A stretch of 63,366 nucleotides of DNA, counting the filler. It is 3 parts of 3 records of this genome, joined end to end, with 100 filler letters (N's around TTAATTAATTAA, not from the genome) between each part and the next. Parts side by side here need not be neighbours in the genome. Positions count along the whole stretch, not along the records: positions 1 to 25,073 come from SRR20825006_1952; 2 more parts are not named here. The stretch is one strand, 5' to 3'. Under the pieces are notes generated by a model. It searched no databases. It was not told where the DNA came from and saw only the letters and a list, made by a program, of their open reading frames with translations. A program made the position numbers and the translations under genes. Shown piece after piece: positions 9,948 through 19,544 of this stretch. Positions within the stretch are counted from its first letter, which is position 1. Each line of letters starts with the position of its first letter.

Positions 9948-11324
9948 CTATTCCGCAGCCTGCATGTTGGATTGCGCAACGACAGAGGCCACCGGGAGCA
10001 CGACATAGAACGTTGTGCCTTGATCGACTTGTGACGTGACGGACACATTGCCGCGCATCGCTTCGACAAGGTTTTTGACGATGCTCAGACCCAAACCGGT
10101 GCCGCCGGTATTGCGCGAATCCGAGGAATCGACCTGATAAAACGAGTCGAAAATTTTCGGCAAGGCATCATCGGGGATGCCGATGCCTTTGTCTGCTATG
10201 GCGATGACCACTTCGTCGGCTGACTGCGTCAGGTCGATATGTACGGCGTTGCCCGGCCTGGAGAATTTGACCGCGTTGTGGACAAGGTTCGACAGCACCT
10301 GTCGCATGCGTTTGGTGTCCACCTCGACCAGCGCGCCGTCGGTTTGGGTGTTCAGGACCACCGTAACGTCCGAGGCTTTGGCATAAGCGTTGAAGTTGGG
10401 CAATTCGTCGGCGATCAGGGCGCCCATGTCCACGATCTCGGTGCGCAACTCAAAACGTCCCGCCATCAGCTTTTCGATCTCCAGAATGTCCTCGATCAAT
10501 AACGAGAGCTGTTCGGAGTTCTTTTGTACCATATCCAGAAGCCTCTTGGCCTTGTCTGGAAATACCCCTGCGGCACCAGCGTTCAACAAGGTCACCGCAC
10601 CGCGAATGGATGTCAGCGGTGTGCGCAGTTCATGGTTCATTACGGAAATGAATTGCGACTTGGCCACGCCCGCGGCGGTTGCATCCCGCAACAGGCGTTC
10701 TTTTTCTTTCAGCGACCTTTTGGTTTGTGCGGTTTCAAGGATTTGCAATGCGCCAAGCACCACGAAGGCTGCGACAACCATCCCTGTCAGGATCGTGCTT
10801 TGGGTGTTGATATCGGCAAGTTCTTCACGTCGGATTTTCGAGGCGCGCGAAGAGGCCTGAAGCACGTCAAGCGACAGGTTGCGCAGGGGCGAGTTGTAGG
10901 TGACGATCTTGTCGAGAAATTCGCGCACGGTCGAGTCTTGCGCGATTTGTTGCGGCAGGTTTACGACAAGGCTGTCGTTGGCTTTGAGCATTGCAAAGAG
11001 GCTGTCGAGAACGGTCCGGTCAACCTGGTATCTGTCCAGCTTCTCTGCAGTATCACCCTTCTGGATGACGATCAGCCTGCTCCAAAGTATGTCGAACCGC
11101 CGATTTACATCCTCGGGACCAGACCGGCCCAGAGTGTAGTTTTTCAGCTCAAGCTCGAGTTGCAGCAGATCGTATTCGATCCCTGTCACGAACCAGATCG
11201 GCCCGGTTGGATTGCCTCCGTCAAGGCCTGATATACGCTCGCGCACGGACGTCATGCTGATCACAATCAACGCAAGCAGGATGAACAGTGACCCCAGCAC
11301 AAGTATTCGGAGTTTGCGCAGCAT
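9948..11324 (-). CDS. Membrane sensor histidine kinase with DcpA-like periplasmic domain
   Basis: Two TM helices; RFDILWSR in the periplasmic part; H box MNHELRTPL; N box NLVHNAVKFS; G boxes DKGIGI and GTGLGL. Confidence 0.93.
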   Translation of the reverse strand: MLRKLRILVLGSLFILLALIVISMTSVRERISGLDGGNPTGPIWFVTGIEYDLLQLELELKNYTLGRSGPEDVNRRFDILWSRLIVIQKGDTAEKLDRYQVDRTVLDSLFAMLKANDSLVVNLPQQIAQDSTVREFLDKIVTYNSPLRNLSLDVLQASSRASKIRREELADINTQSTILTGMVVAAFVVLGALQILETAQTKRSLKEKERLLRDATAAGVAKSQFISVMNHELRTPLTSIRGAVTLLNAGAAGVFPDKAKRLLDMVQKNSEQLSLLIEDILEIEKLMAGRFELRTEIVDMGALIADELPNFNAYAKASDVTVVLNTQTDGALVEVDTKRMRQVLSNLVHNAVKFSRPGNAVHIDLTQSADEVVIAIADKGIGIPDDALPKIFDSFYQVDSSDSRNTGGTGLGLSIVKNLVEAMRGNVSVTSQVDQGTTFYVVLPVASVVAQSNMQAAE

Positions 11325-11331
11325 ATTCAGC

Positions 11332-11808
11332 TCACTCTACGACTTGAATGCTCTTGAGCTGCCAGACCAGACGGTTGTTGATGGCATCATCTTCCAATTC
11401 CGCATGGTCCGAAATCGGGTACATGATCCAGATGGGCCCCTTCTGTCGCAACGACATGGTTTCACCGTCGCGGCGGGTCGCAAAAATCACGTCATAGTCC
11501 AGCAAGTCGGTCAGGGGCATGTCGATCTTGTAATCATTGATCGCAGTCACCCGCAGTTGCGCACCGTCGGGCATGTCCTGACCGGCATCGGCAAGAACCA
11601 CGCGCGCAAGCGGGCCGGAAAACTCGGACGTGTCGTCGATGTATGGGTTCTTTGTCACATAGGTCGTTTGGTCCAGCGCATCGAGCTGGTCCATCGAATA
11701 TGTTTTGACGGGGGACCCATCCGATCCGATTACGGATAAAATATCTTGGGTAAAGCCGGTGGCGGGCAGGGCAAAAGCCAATGCAGCAGCCAGATACAAA
11801 TGCTTCAT
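11332..11808 (-). CDS. Periplasmic PruR-like pterin-binding protein (molybdopterin oxidoreductase-like fold)
   Basis: Signal peptide; FSGPL, AINDY, KGPIWIMYP, VWQLKSI; short, no Cys; co-oriented upstream of the sensor. Confidence 0.75.
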   Translation of the reverse strand: MKHLYLAAALAFALPATGFTQDILSVIGSDGSPVKTYSMDQLDALDQTTYVTKNPYIDDTSEFSGPLARVVLADAGQDMPDGAQLRVTAINDYKIDMPLTDLLDYDVIFATRRDGETMSLRQKGPIWIMYPISDHAELEDDAINNRLVWQLKSIQVVE

Positions 11809-12089
11809 TCAAAGCTCCTTGATGGGTCTTTTGGCGCGCCAATCCGGTGTCGGATTGCGCGGCGTCGACGCCTGTCAGTTTTTGAGAGCGTGTTAAAAAG
11901 AATGCACTTGTTACAGAAAAAAGATGTGACGCAATCGTAGGTTGTCTGCTGGTCAACCCTTCAGACGGTCGAAAGTTCCAGCGCATTGAAAATAAGGGGA
12001 CACAATTTGCTCCGTTGTAGGGAAACGTCGCCACTTGGGCCGACCTGGATTTTCTGTTGCGTGGACCACGCAGGACAGAATAGCGCATG

Positions 12090-12122
12090 AAAAAAGGCCC
12101 CGCTGCGGACAACGGGGCCTTT
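12090..12122 (-). terminator. Intrinsic terminator after sat-cysC
   Basis: AAAGGCCCCG/CGGGGCCTTT hairpin with an A6 run on + (U tract on -). Confidence 0.8.
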
Positions 12123-12146
12123 GTGGATTGTAAGTGCGCGCGCGCC

Positions 12147-13865
12147 TTATTCGGCGGCGATCAGGCCCATGCTTTCCAGCTTCAGCAGAACTTGATGCGC
12201 ACAGTTGTCCACCTCGATGTTCTCGGTTTGCAGGCTCAGCTCGGGGTTCTCGGGCACGTCGTAGGGGTCGGAGATGCCGGTGAATTCCTTGATCTTGCCT
12301 TCTCGTGCCAGTTTGTACAGGCCCTTGCGGTCCCGGCGCTCGCACTCTTCGATGGTGGTGGCGACGTGAACTTCGACAAAGGCGCCAAAGGCTTCGATGT
12401 CTTCACGCACCGCGCGACGGGTTGTGGCATAAGGCGCGATGGGCGCACAAATGGCGATGCCGCCGTTCTTGGTGATTTCCGACGCGACATAGCCGATGCG
12501 ACGGATGTTCAGGTCGCGGTGCTCTTTCGAGAAACCCAGTTCCGAGCTGAGGTTCTTGCGGACCAGATCGCCGTCCAGCAGCGTCACGGGGCGGCCACCC
12601 ATTTCCATCAGCTTGACCATCAGCGCGTTGGCGATGGTGGATTTACCCGAACCCGAGAAGCCGGTGAAAAAGACGGTAAAGCCCTGTTTCGAACGCGGCG
12701 GTTTGGTGCGGCGCAGTTCCTTTACCACTTCGGGGAAGGAGAACCACTCGGGGATTTCCAGACCTTCTTGCAGACGGCGGCGCAGTTCGGTGCCCGAGAT
12801 GTTCAGGATGGTCACATCATCCTTGTCCTTGATCTCGTCCATGGCCTCGTATTGGGCGCGTTCCTGCACCCAGACCATGTGTTTGAAATCGACCATTTCG
12901 ATGCCCATTTCTTCCTGATGCGCGCGGAACAGGTCCTGTGCGTCATAGGGGCCGTAGAAATCTTCGCCTTTGGAGTTCGAGCCGGGGCCCGCGTGGTCAC
13001 GACCGACGATAAAGTGGGTGCAGCCGTGGTTCTTGCGGATCAGACCGTGCCAGACGGCTTCACGGGGGCCGGCCATACGCATGGCAAGGTTCAGCAGCGA
13101 CATCGACGTGGTGGCCGCCGGATACTTGTCCAGAACCGCCTCGTAGCAGCGCACGCGGGTAAAGTGATCGACGTCACCCGGTTTGGTCAGGCCGACAACG
13201 GGGTGGATCAGCAGGTTGGCCTGTGCTTCGCGCGCGGCGCGGAAGGTCAGCTCCTGGTGGGCACGGTGCAGCGGGTTGCGGGTCTGGAACGCAACAACCT
13301 TGCGCCAGCCCATTTTGCGGAAGTAGCTGCGCAATTCGTTGGGCGTGTCGCGGCGGGCGCGGAAATCGTAGTGCACTGGTTGCTGGATGCCGGTGACCGG
13401 ACCACCCAGATAGATCTTGCCAGCCTGATTGTGCAGGTAGTTCACCGCGGGGTGCTTGTCGTCATCGGCACCAAAAACCTTTTCCGCTTCGTTGGCCTTG
13501 TTCGGCTCCCAACGGTCGGTGACGGTCATGGTCGCCAGAATTACGCCTTCCTGGTCACGCAGGGCGATGTCCTGACCGATTTCCAGAGCTTCCGCGAATT
13601 TTTCGCTTACGTCCAGCGTGATGGGCATCGGCCACAGGCTGCCATCGGACAGGCGCATGTCTTCGACGACGCCGTTGTAATCTTGCTCGGACAAGAAGCC
13701 CTTGAGCGGATTAAAGCCGCCGTTCATCAGCAACTCCAGATCGCAGATCTGGCGCGGTGTCAGGTCATGGCTGACCAGGATGGCTGCTTCGAGTTTGAGC
13801 TTTTGCGCGGAATCATAAGAAACATAGAGTTCTGGAATCGGGGCGAGATTATTCTGCATCGGCAT
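12147..13865 (-). CDS. sat: Bifunctional sulfate adenylyltransferase / adenylylsulfate kinase
   Basis: AFQTRNPLHRAH and HFIVGRDHAG (Sat); GFSGSGKST P-loop and FTGISDPY (CysC). Confidence 0.97.
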   Translation of the reverse strand: MPMQNNLAPIPELYVSYDSAQKLKLEAAILVSHDLTPRQICDLELLMNGGFNPLKGFLSEQDYNGVVEDMRLSDGSLWPMPITLDVSEKFAEALEIGQDIALRDQEGVILATMTVTDRWEPNKANEAEKVFGADDDKHPAVNYLHNQAGKIYLGGPVTGIQQPVHYDFRARRDTPNELRSYFRKMGWRKVVAFQTRNPLHRAHQELTFRAAREAQANLLIHPVVGLTKPGDVDHFTRVRCYEAVLDKYPAATTSMSLLNLAMRMAGPREAVWHGLIRKNHGCTHFIVGRDHAGPGSNSKGEDFYGPYDAQDLFRAHQEEMGIEMVDFKHMVWVQERAQYEAMDEIKDKDDVTILNISGTELRRRLQEGLEIPEWFSFPEVVKELRRTKPPRSKQGFTVFFTGFSGSGKSTIANALMVKLMEMGGRPVTLLDGDLVRKNLSSELGFSKEHRDLNIRRIGYVASEITKNGGIAICAPIAPYATTRRAVREDIEAFGAFVEVHVATTIEECERRDRKGLYKLAREGKIKEFTGISDPYDVPENPELSLQTENIEVDNCAHQVLLKLESMGLIAAE

Positions 13866-14084
13866 GAAGATTACTTTCGTTCAACGGGTGGAGTCGGCCC
13901 TGCGGGCGGCACTTGTGGCGCAATAGCGGGCTGGGCGCCATGCGTCCAGATGCAGCGCGCGCCCAACATCGCATATGACGTAAAATCGGCACAAATTCCC
14001 CGTTTTTTGCGCGATTCTGGGCCGTTTTGCCCATTTTCAGGGGGGTGTGCATGGCGGAAATGCGCCTGCGGCATAGGTATCGGG

Positions 14085-15749
14085 TCAGGCGCGCGGGGCT
14101 TGGGGGGCATCTGCGGCCTTGGGGACGGGCAATGCGTCAATGACGCCGTCTACCCCGCGCAGTTCGAGCGGCACCAAGTCGTCGGGGCGTTTCAGTCCTG
14201 CGGCCTCCAGGACTGCGGCACTGATCAACAACTCGACCTTCATCGGCTTGGTTTGCGCCTCAAGGCGGCTCGCTGCGTTGACCGCATCGCCGATCAACGT
14301 GCGGGGGGCGTGGCCCGCGGCACCGATCTCGCCCAGCACGACGTTGCCCAGGTGCAGCCCGATCCCGATACCCACGGGCGGCGCACCTTCGGCCTGTAGC
14401 CCTGCGTTGAACGCATCCAGCGCCCGCCCGATCCCCGCCGCGGCGTCCAGCCCGGCCTGTGCGGATGATGCGGTGTCCGCTGTTTCGAAAAGTGCCAGAA
14501 ATCCGTCGCCCAGATATTTGTCGATCTTGCCGCCTGATGCGGTGACCGCCGGGACAACGGCATCAAAGAAACGATTGAGCAGAAACACCACGTCATAGGG
14601 CAGTTGCCCCGCCGTGCGCGCGGTAAAGCCGCGCATGTCCAGAAACAGAATGGCCAGCGGCCGTTCCTGTCCTTGCGATGCGGACCCGCGCCATGTCTGG
14701 GTGCCGCCTACAAAGACGCGGTGCACGGTCATCGGCTGTTCGGGCCGGATCTGACAGGCAAGCCGCGCACCGGGGGCTGCTCCGACAGCTTTCAGGCTGC
14801 GCGCTTCGGCCTCCGATGGCGGCGGCAGGTCATCGGCACCCGCTTCGATCATCACGCGGCAGGTGGTGCAGCGCCCCTTGCCTCCGCAGAGCGAGGTATG
14901 GTCCACGCCCGCGCTGCGCGACATTTCCAGCAGCGTCTGACCGCGTGCTGCGGTGATCGTTGGCCCGTTGGTGTATGAGATGCGCACGCTGGTGCGGCGG
15001 GCGTTCAGACGCAGGACAAAGTGGATTGCCAGCGCCGAGGCCAGAACCGCGACAAACCCCCAATACAGCGTGGCGTCGATCCGGATCAGCCCGTCAAACT
15101 CCTTGGGGCCGGGGAAGTTGTAGGCATCCAGCATGTCCAGCCGCGTGTCTTCATCCTGCGCGACCAATTGCAAACGACGGCTTTCGGTCACGAAGCCGGC
15201 CAGCGCAAAGGCGGGCACCAGCACCGCCAGTCCCGTCAGAAGGTGTGTGTTGTGCCGCCACCAGGCACGCCCACGCAGCCACAGGTGCAACCCGATGCAG
15301 CCGTGCGTCCAGACGATCAGCAGCAGGATTGTCTGTGTCCAGGCTGAGGCCGTGCCCCAGATCAGATACATCAGATAGCCCATCTCGTCCTGGACGTCGA
15401 AGACCTCGTGGGCGATGCGGGTATAGGTGATGTGGGTCAGCAGCAGCAGCGGAATGGCGAAGCCGAACGCATATTGCACCGCTTCCGCGCGGGGCATCCG
15501 AAGGCTCCGTCGCTCTATCAGCCGCCAAAGCGCAAGACCTGCGTGCAGGATCAGCGTCGTGTACAGGACCACTTCGCCGACCGGGTTGCGGGTCACGATC
15601 TGGCGCAGGTCCTGACCTTCATCCAGCCACTCGGGCGAAAACAGGCCCAGTCCGATGTTCAGGAAATGCAGAAGCGCATAGAGCATCAGCGCCAGCCCGC
15701 TGACGATACGGGCACGGGTTGCCCAATTGCCGCGCCAGAGGTCGGTCAT
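14085..15749 (-). CDS. Class III adenylate cyclase with His-rich membrane domain and 2Fe-2S ferredoxin (CyaC-like)
   Basis: TM histidines; CGGKGRCTTC...RLACQ ferredoxin; FLDMRGFT, DKYLGDG, IGDAVNAASRLE. Confidence 0.92.
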   Translation of the reverse strand: MTDLWRGNWATRARIVSGLALMLYALLHFLNIGLGLFSPEWLDEGQDLRQIVTRNPVGEVVLYTTLILHAGLALWRLIERRSLRMPRAEAVQYAFGFAIPLLLLTHITYTRIAHEVFDVQDEMGYLMYLIWGTASAWTQTILLLIVWTHGCIGLHLWLRGRAWWRHNTHLLTGLAVLVPAFALAGFVTESRRLQLVAQDEDTRLDMLDAYNFPGPKEFDGLIRIDATLYWGFVAVLASALAIHFVLRLNARRTSVRISYTNGPTITAARGQTLLEMSRSAGVDHTSLCGGKGRCTTCRVMIEAGADDLPPPSEAEARSLKAVGAAPGARLACQIRPEQPMTVHRVFVGGTQTWRGSASQGQERPLAILFLDMRGFTARTAGQLPYDVVFLLNRFFDAVVPAVTASGGKIDKYLGDGFLALFETADTASSAQAGLDAAAGIGRALDAFNAGLQAEGAPPVGIGIGLHLGNVVLGEIGAAGHAPRTLIGDAVNAASRLEAQTKPMKVELLISAAVLEAAGLKRPDDLVPLELRGVDGVIDALPVPKAADAPQAPRA

Positions 15750-15882
15750 GTACTGCTCCTTGATCCTGCGCAGAATGACCCGTGGACGCGGGCGGCGTCA
15801 ACGGGCCTATTGCGGGGAAGGCTGCTCGACAGGTGTGGGGGGCTGTGCGAAAAAGCAGACCACAACCAAAGGTGGACCCCGG

Positions 15883-17781
15883 ATGACCAATCCCTATGAC
15901 AAGACCGCGCCGCATGGGTTTTGGAAGACCGGTGTCGAGGCCGCTGATCCGGCTGCGATGTACGATATTCACGCGCCCAAATGGCAGGTTCAGCCGGAAA
16001 TGCGCGTGGCCACTGCAGGCAGCTGTTTCGCACGTCATCTGGCGCGGTTCCTGACGCAGAACGGTTTTGACGTGATCGATGCCGAACCTGCGCCCGAGGC
16101 GCTGACGCCCGAGCAGGCCGAACAGGACGGCTTTGGCCAGTTCTCGGCGCGGTACGGCAATATCTACACGGCCCCACAGTTGGAGCAGTTGCTGCGTGAG
16201 GCGCAGCGCGCCAAGCCGCGCAAGGGGGTCACATGGAAGCGTGGCGACCGGGTGATTGATGCCATGCGACCCCGTATTCCGGCACAGGGGTTCGATTCGG
16301 CGGCCGATATGCTCGCGGCGCGCGGGCAGCATCTGGCGGCGGTGCGCGAGATGATCGAGGGACTGGACCTGTTCGTCTTTACGCTGGGTCTTACCGAGGC
16401 GTGGGAACATCGTCAGCATGGCACGGTCTATCCCGTCGTACCCGGTGCGGTGGGCGGTACGTTCGATCCCGACACTTATGCCTTTCGCAGCTTTGGCTAT
16501 GCCGACACGATGGCCGCGCTGGAAAACAGCCTTGAACTGATCGGCGACATGCGGGGCGGACGCGCGTTTCGGGTGTTGCTGACTGTGTCGCCCGTGCCAT
16601 TGACCGCGACGGCGACGGGTGGCCACGTGCTGCCCGCCACGGTCTATTCGAAATCGGTGCTGCGGGCCGTGGCCGGAGACTGTGCCGCGCGGCACGATTT
16701 TGTCGATTACTTTCCGTCCTATGAAATCATCACCAACCCTGCCGCCCGGTCGCGGTTCTACGACGCCAACCTGCGCACGGTCACCGAAGAGGGCGTGCGC
16801 GCGGTAATGAAGGTGTTCTTCCACCACCACGGGGCAGGAGGCACCGGCGTGCTGGACACGACCAAGGCCGAAAAGGCGCTGGTCGATGATGGCTGCGAAG
16901 AGGCGTTGCTGGACGCCTTTGCGCCCGGGGTGAAACCTAAAAAGCAACCGGTTCTCGGGGCGCCGCGTCTGAACATCGGCGCCACACCGCAAGATCCGAT
17001 CCTGTTTGCGGGCAACAGCCATCTGGCCAGTTTCAAGGATGCGGTGCTGGCCGCAGCACCTGATCTGGACCCAGCGGCGCATTGGTTTGTACCGATCGAC
17101 TGGACCACGGCAACTCAGAGCCGCGGGCGCTGGCCCCGTTTGCGGCGACGCAGCGGTTACGAAAAAATCTCAATTCGCCCGGAATACCGCAACCGGATGC
17201 AGGACATTGACCTGTCCATGCATCGTGGAAGGGTGACCCTGTGTCTGGTGGGGCGGAATTTCATCGGCGATCAGGTGCTGCGTGCGCACGGAGACCTGAC
17301 GACAGGCCAGCCAGGCTTGCGCGACGGCAAGAAGGTCACGCAGCAGCTGCCAATGGTGGGCCGCGATGATGCGGCGCTGGAGGATTTTTATCGCGGCGCG
17401 TTGCAACCACGGGTCGCCTGGGCGCTGAAAATGCTGATGGACCCGATTTTCAAACGTGCGATCTGGGTCGCGTCACCCGACCTGCCGGAACATGCGGCAC
17501 GGGTCCGGTTGGGCAATGCCTTTGTCGACAGCGGCAGCTACCGCCACCATCAGGCGGCGGCGCTGCGTGCCACATTGTCAATGATGCCGAAACAGGACGA
17601 ACGCCTGCGGCTGATCCAGCACGATCCGGCTATGCGGATGCCCAGCGGGTTCATCCGAAATGAATTCGCAGCCCACCCGTCCACGATGGACATCCACGCA
17701 AACGCCGCTTTTTACCGTGGAGCTTTGGAGCAGATGTTCGGCGCGGGCGCTTATGCGCCCTCTTTGACTTCCGCACCGTAG
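15883..17781 (+). CDS. GSCFA domain protein with extra C-terminal domain
   Basis: TAGSCFA, FSARYGNIYT, FTLGLTEAW, TVSPVPL, YFPSYEI; C-terminal FAGNSH...DIHAN. Confidence 0.88.
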   Translation: MTNPYDKTAPHGFWKTGVEAADPAAMYDIHAPKWQVQPEMRVATAGSCFARHLARFLTQNGFDVIDAEPAPEALTPEQAEQDGFGQFSARYGNIYTAPQLEQLLREAQRAKPRKGVTWKRGDRVIDAMRPRIPAQGFDSAADMLAARGQHLAAVREMIEGLDLFVFTLGLTEAWEHRQHGTVYPVVPGAVGGTFDPDTYAFRSFGYADTMAALENSLELIGDMRGGRAFRVLLTVSPVPLTATATGGHVLPATVYSKSVLRAVAGDCAARHDFVDYFPSYEIITNPAARSRFYDANLRTVTEEGVRAVMKVFFHHHGAGGTGVLDTTKAEKALVDDGCEEALLDAFAPGVKPKKQPVLGAPRLNIGATPQDPILFAGNSHLASFKDAVLAAAPDLDPAAHWFVPIDWTTATQSRGRWPRLRRRSGYEKISIRPEYRNRMQDIDLSMHRGRVTLCLVGRNFIGDQVLRAHGDLTTGQPGLRDGKKVTQQLPMVGRDDAALEDFYRGALQPRVAWALKMLMDPIFKRAIWVASPDLPEHAARVRLGNAFVDSGSYRHHQAAALRATLSMMPKQDERLRLIQHDPAMRMPSGFIRNEFAAHPSTMDIHANAAFYRGALEQMFGAGAYAPSLTSAP

Positions 17782-18758
17782 CCCAGCGGCAGGGAGGTGT
17801 CTTTCTCCACCTCCGTGTCGCTGTTCTCGGCCAGCCAGCGTTCGGCTTCGAGGGCTGCCATGCAACCCATGCCGGCCGAGGTCACGGCCTGACGGTATTT
17901 GTGATCGGTCAGGTCGCCCGCTGCAAACACGCCCGGAATCGAGGTTTCGGTGCTGTCGGGTTTGGTCACGACGTAGCCGCCCATATGGGTTTCCAGCACA
18001 TCCTTGACCAGTTCGTTCGACGGGGCGTGGCCGATGGCGACAAAGACGCCCTTGGCGGGAATGTCGGTGATTTCGCCGGTGTTCACGTTCTTGACCTTGA
18101 CGCCTTCGACGCCCAGCGGGCTGTCGGTGCCATAGACCTCTTCCAACTGGTGGAACCACAGGGTTTCGATCTTTGGATTCTTTTTCAGCCGGTCTTGCAG
18201 GATCATTTCGGCGCGCAATTCGTCGCGGCGGTGGATCAGCGTGACCTTGGACGCAAAATTTGTCAGGAACAGCGCCTCTTCCACGGCAGTGTTGCCGCCG
18301 CCGATCACGACGATTTCCTGTCCGCGGTAGAAGAACCCGTCGCAGGTGGCGCAAGCCGAGACGCCGAAGCCTTTGAATTTCTCTTCCGATTCCATGCCCA
18401 GCCATTTGGCGCGTGCGCCGGTGGCCAGAATGATCGCATCGGCCACATAGACCGTGCCGCTGTCGGATTGGGCAACAAAGGGACGTTTCGAGAAATCGAC
18501 GGAGGTGATGATGTCACCGATGACCTCGCAACCCATCGCCTTGGCGTGGGCCTCCATGCGCACCATCAGGTCCGGGCCCTGCACTTCGGTGTCGCCGGGC
18601 CAGTTCTCGACTTCGGTTGTCGTGGTCAACTGGCCGCCGGGTTCAATGCCCTGCACCAGAATCGGTTCAAGCATGGCGCGGCTGGCGTAGATGCCTGCGG
18701 TATAGCCCGAGGGGCCCGATCCGATGATCAGAACCTTGGTTTTGCGTGTCTCGCCCAT
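17751..18758 (-). CDS. trxB: Thioredoxin reductase
   Basis: GSGPSG, GVSACATCDGFF, GGGNTAVEEA, YRQAVTSAG. Confidence 0.98.
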   Translation of the reverse strand: MGETRKTKVLIIGSGPSGYTAGIYASRAMLEPILVQGIEPGGQLTTTTEVENWPGDTEVQGPDLMVRMEAHAKAMGCEVIGDIITSVDFSKRPFVAQSDSGTVYVADAIILATGARAKWLGMESEEKFKGFGVSACATCDGFFYRGQEIVVIGGGNTAVEEALFLTNFASKVTLIHRRDELRAEMILQDRLKKNPKIETLWFHQLEEVYGTDSPLGVEGVKVKNVNTGEITDIPAKGVFVAIGHAPSNELVKDVLETHMGGYVVTKPDSTETSIPGVFAAGDLTDHKYRQAVTSAGMGCMAALEAERWLAENSDTEVEKDTSLPLGYGAEVKEGA

Positions 18759-19002
18759 GATGATCCCCTTAGGTCGGTCAGATGAGGCCCGTATGGTCCC
18801 GGGCGCGGTGTGATGCTAGGTTTATGCAGCCTCTTGGATATAGTCACCTGCGCTTTGTGATTGAACCCCGCAATTGCATGACCGATATGCAGCGCTAACA
18901 GGCGCTTTTGGCCGTCGGGCTTGCAAGAATCTTGCGCTTTGGCGAAACAATATTGCGCGCAACGCGGTCGGTGTTATAACAACCGCAAATTTCGGGGGCA
19001 AA

Positions 19003-19503
19003 ATGGCGAATACGCGGCTTGATCCAATTGATCGCAAGATTCTCGCAGAACTGCAGGCGGACGGGCGTATGACCAACGTCGAGTTGGCGAAGCGGGTGGG
19101 CATTTCTGCGCCCCCTTGCTTGCGGCGGGTACGGACCCTGGAAGAATCCGGGTATATCCGCGGCTTTCATGCGGATGTGGACGCGCATGTTCTGGGATTC
19201 GAAGTGCAGGTTTTTGCGATGGTCGGTCTGGCCAGTCAGGCTGAAAGTGATCTCAGCGCCTTTGAAAACCGCTGCCGTGCGTGGCCGCTGGTGCGCGAGT
19301 GCCACATGCTGAACGGCGAAGTCGACTTTATCCTGAAATGCGTGTCCCCCGATCTGTCGGGGTTTCAAAGCTTTCTGACCGGCGAGTTGCTGACCACGCC
19401 GAACGTGGCCAGCGTCAAGACGTCGCTGGTGATTCGCCAGGCCAAGGACGAGGCTGGCGTGCCCTTTGACGTTCTGGAAGAACGGTTGAGCAAAACAGCC
19501 TGA
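19003..19503 (+). CDS. Lrp/AsnC transcriptional regulator
   Basis: LDPIDRKILAELQADGRMTNVELAKRVGISAPPCLRRVR. Confidence 0.96.
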   Translation: MANTRLDPIDRKILAELQADGRMTNVELAKRVGISAPPCLRRVRTLEESGYIRGFHADVDAHVLGFEVQVFAMVGLASQAESDLSAFENRCRAWPLVRECHMLNGEVDFILKCVSPDLSGFQSFLTGELLTTPNVASVKTSLVIRQAKDEAGVPFDVLEERLSKTA

Positions 19504-19544
19504 CCGGGCGACCCGCGCATCTTGCGCGGGCCGGATGCCTGGGG

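Noticed and set aside
11809-12089. Possible riboswitch upstream of the pruR-like gene
   Set aside because: No recognisable c-di-GMP, Moco or other aptamer consensus by eye
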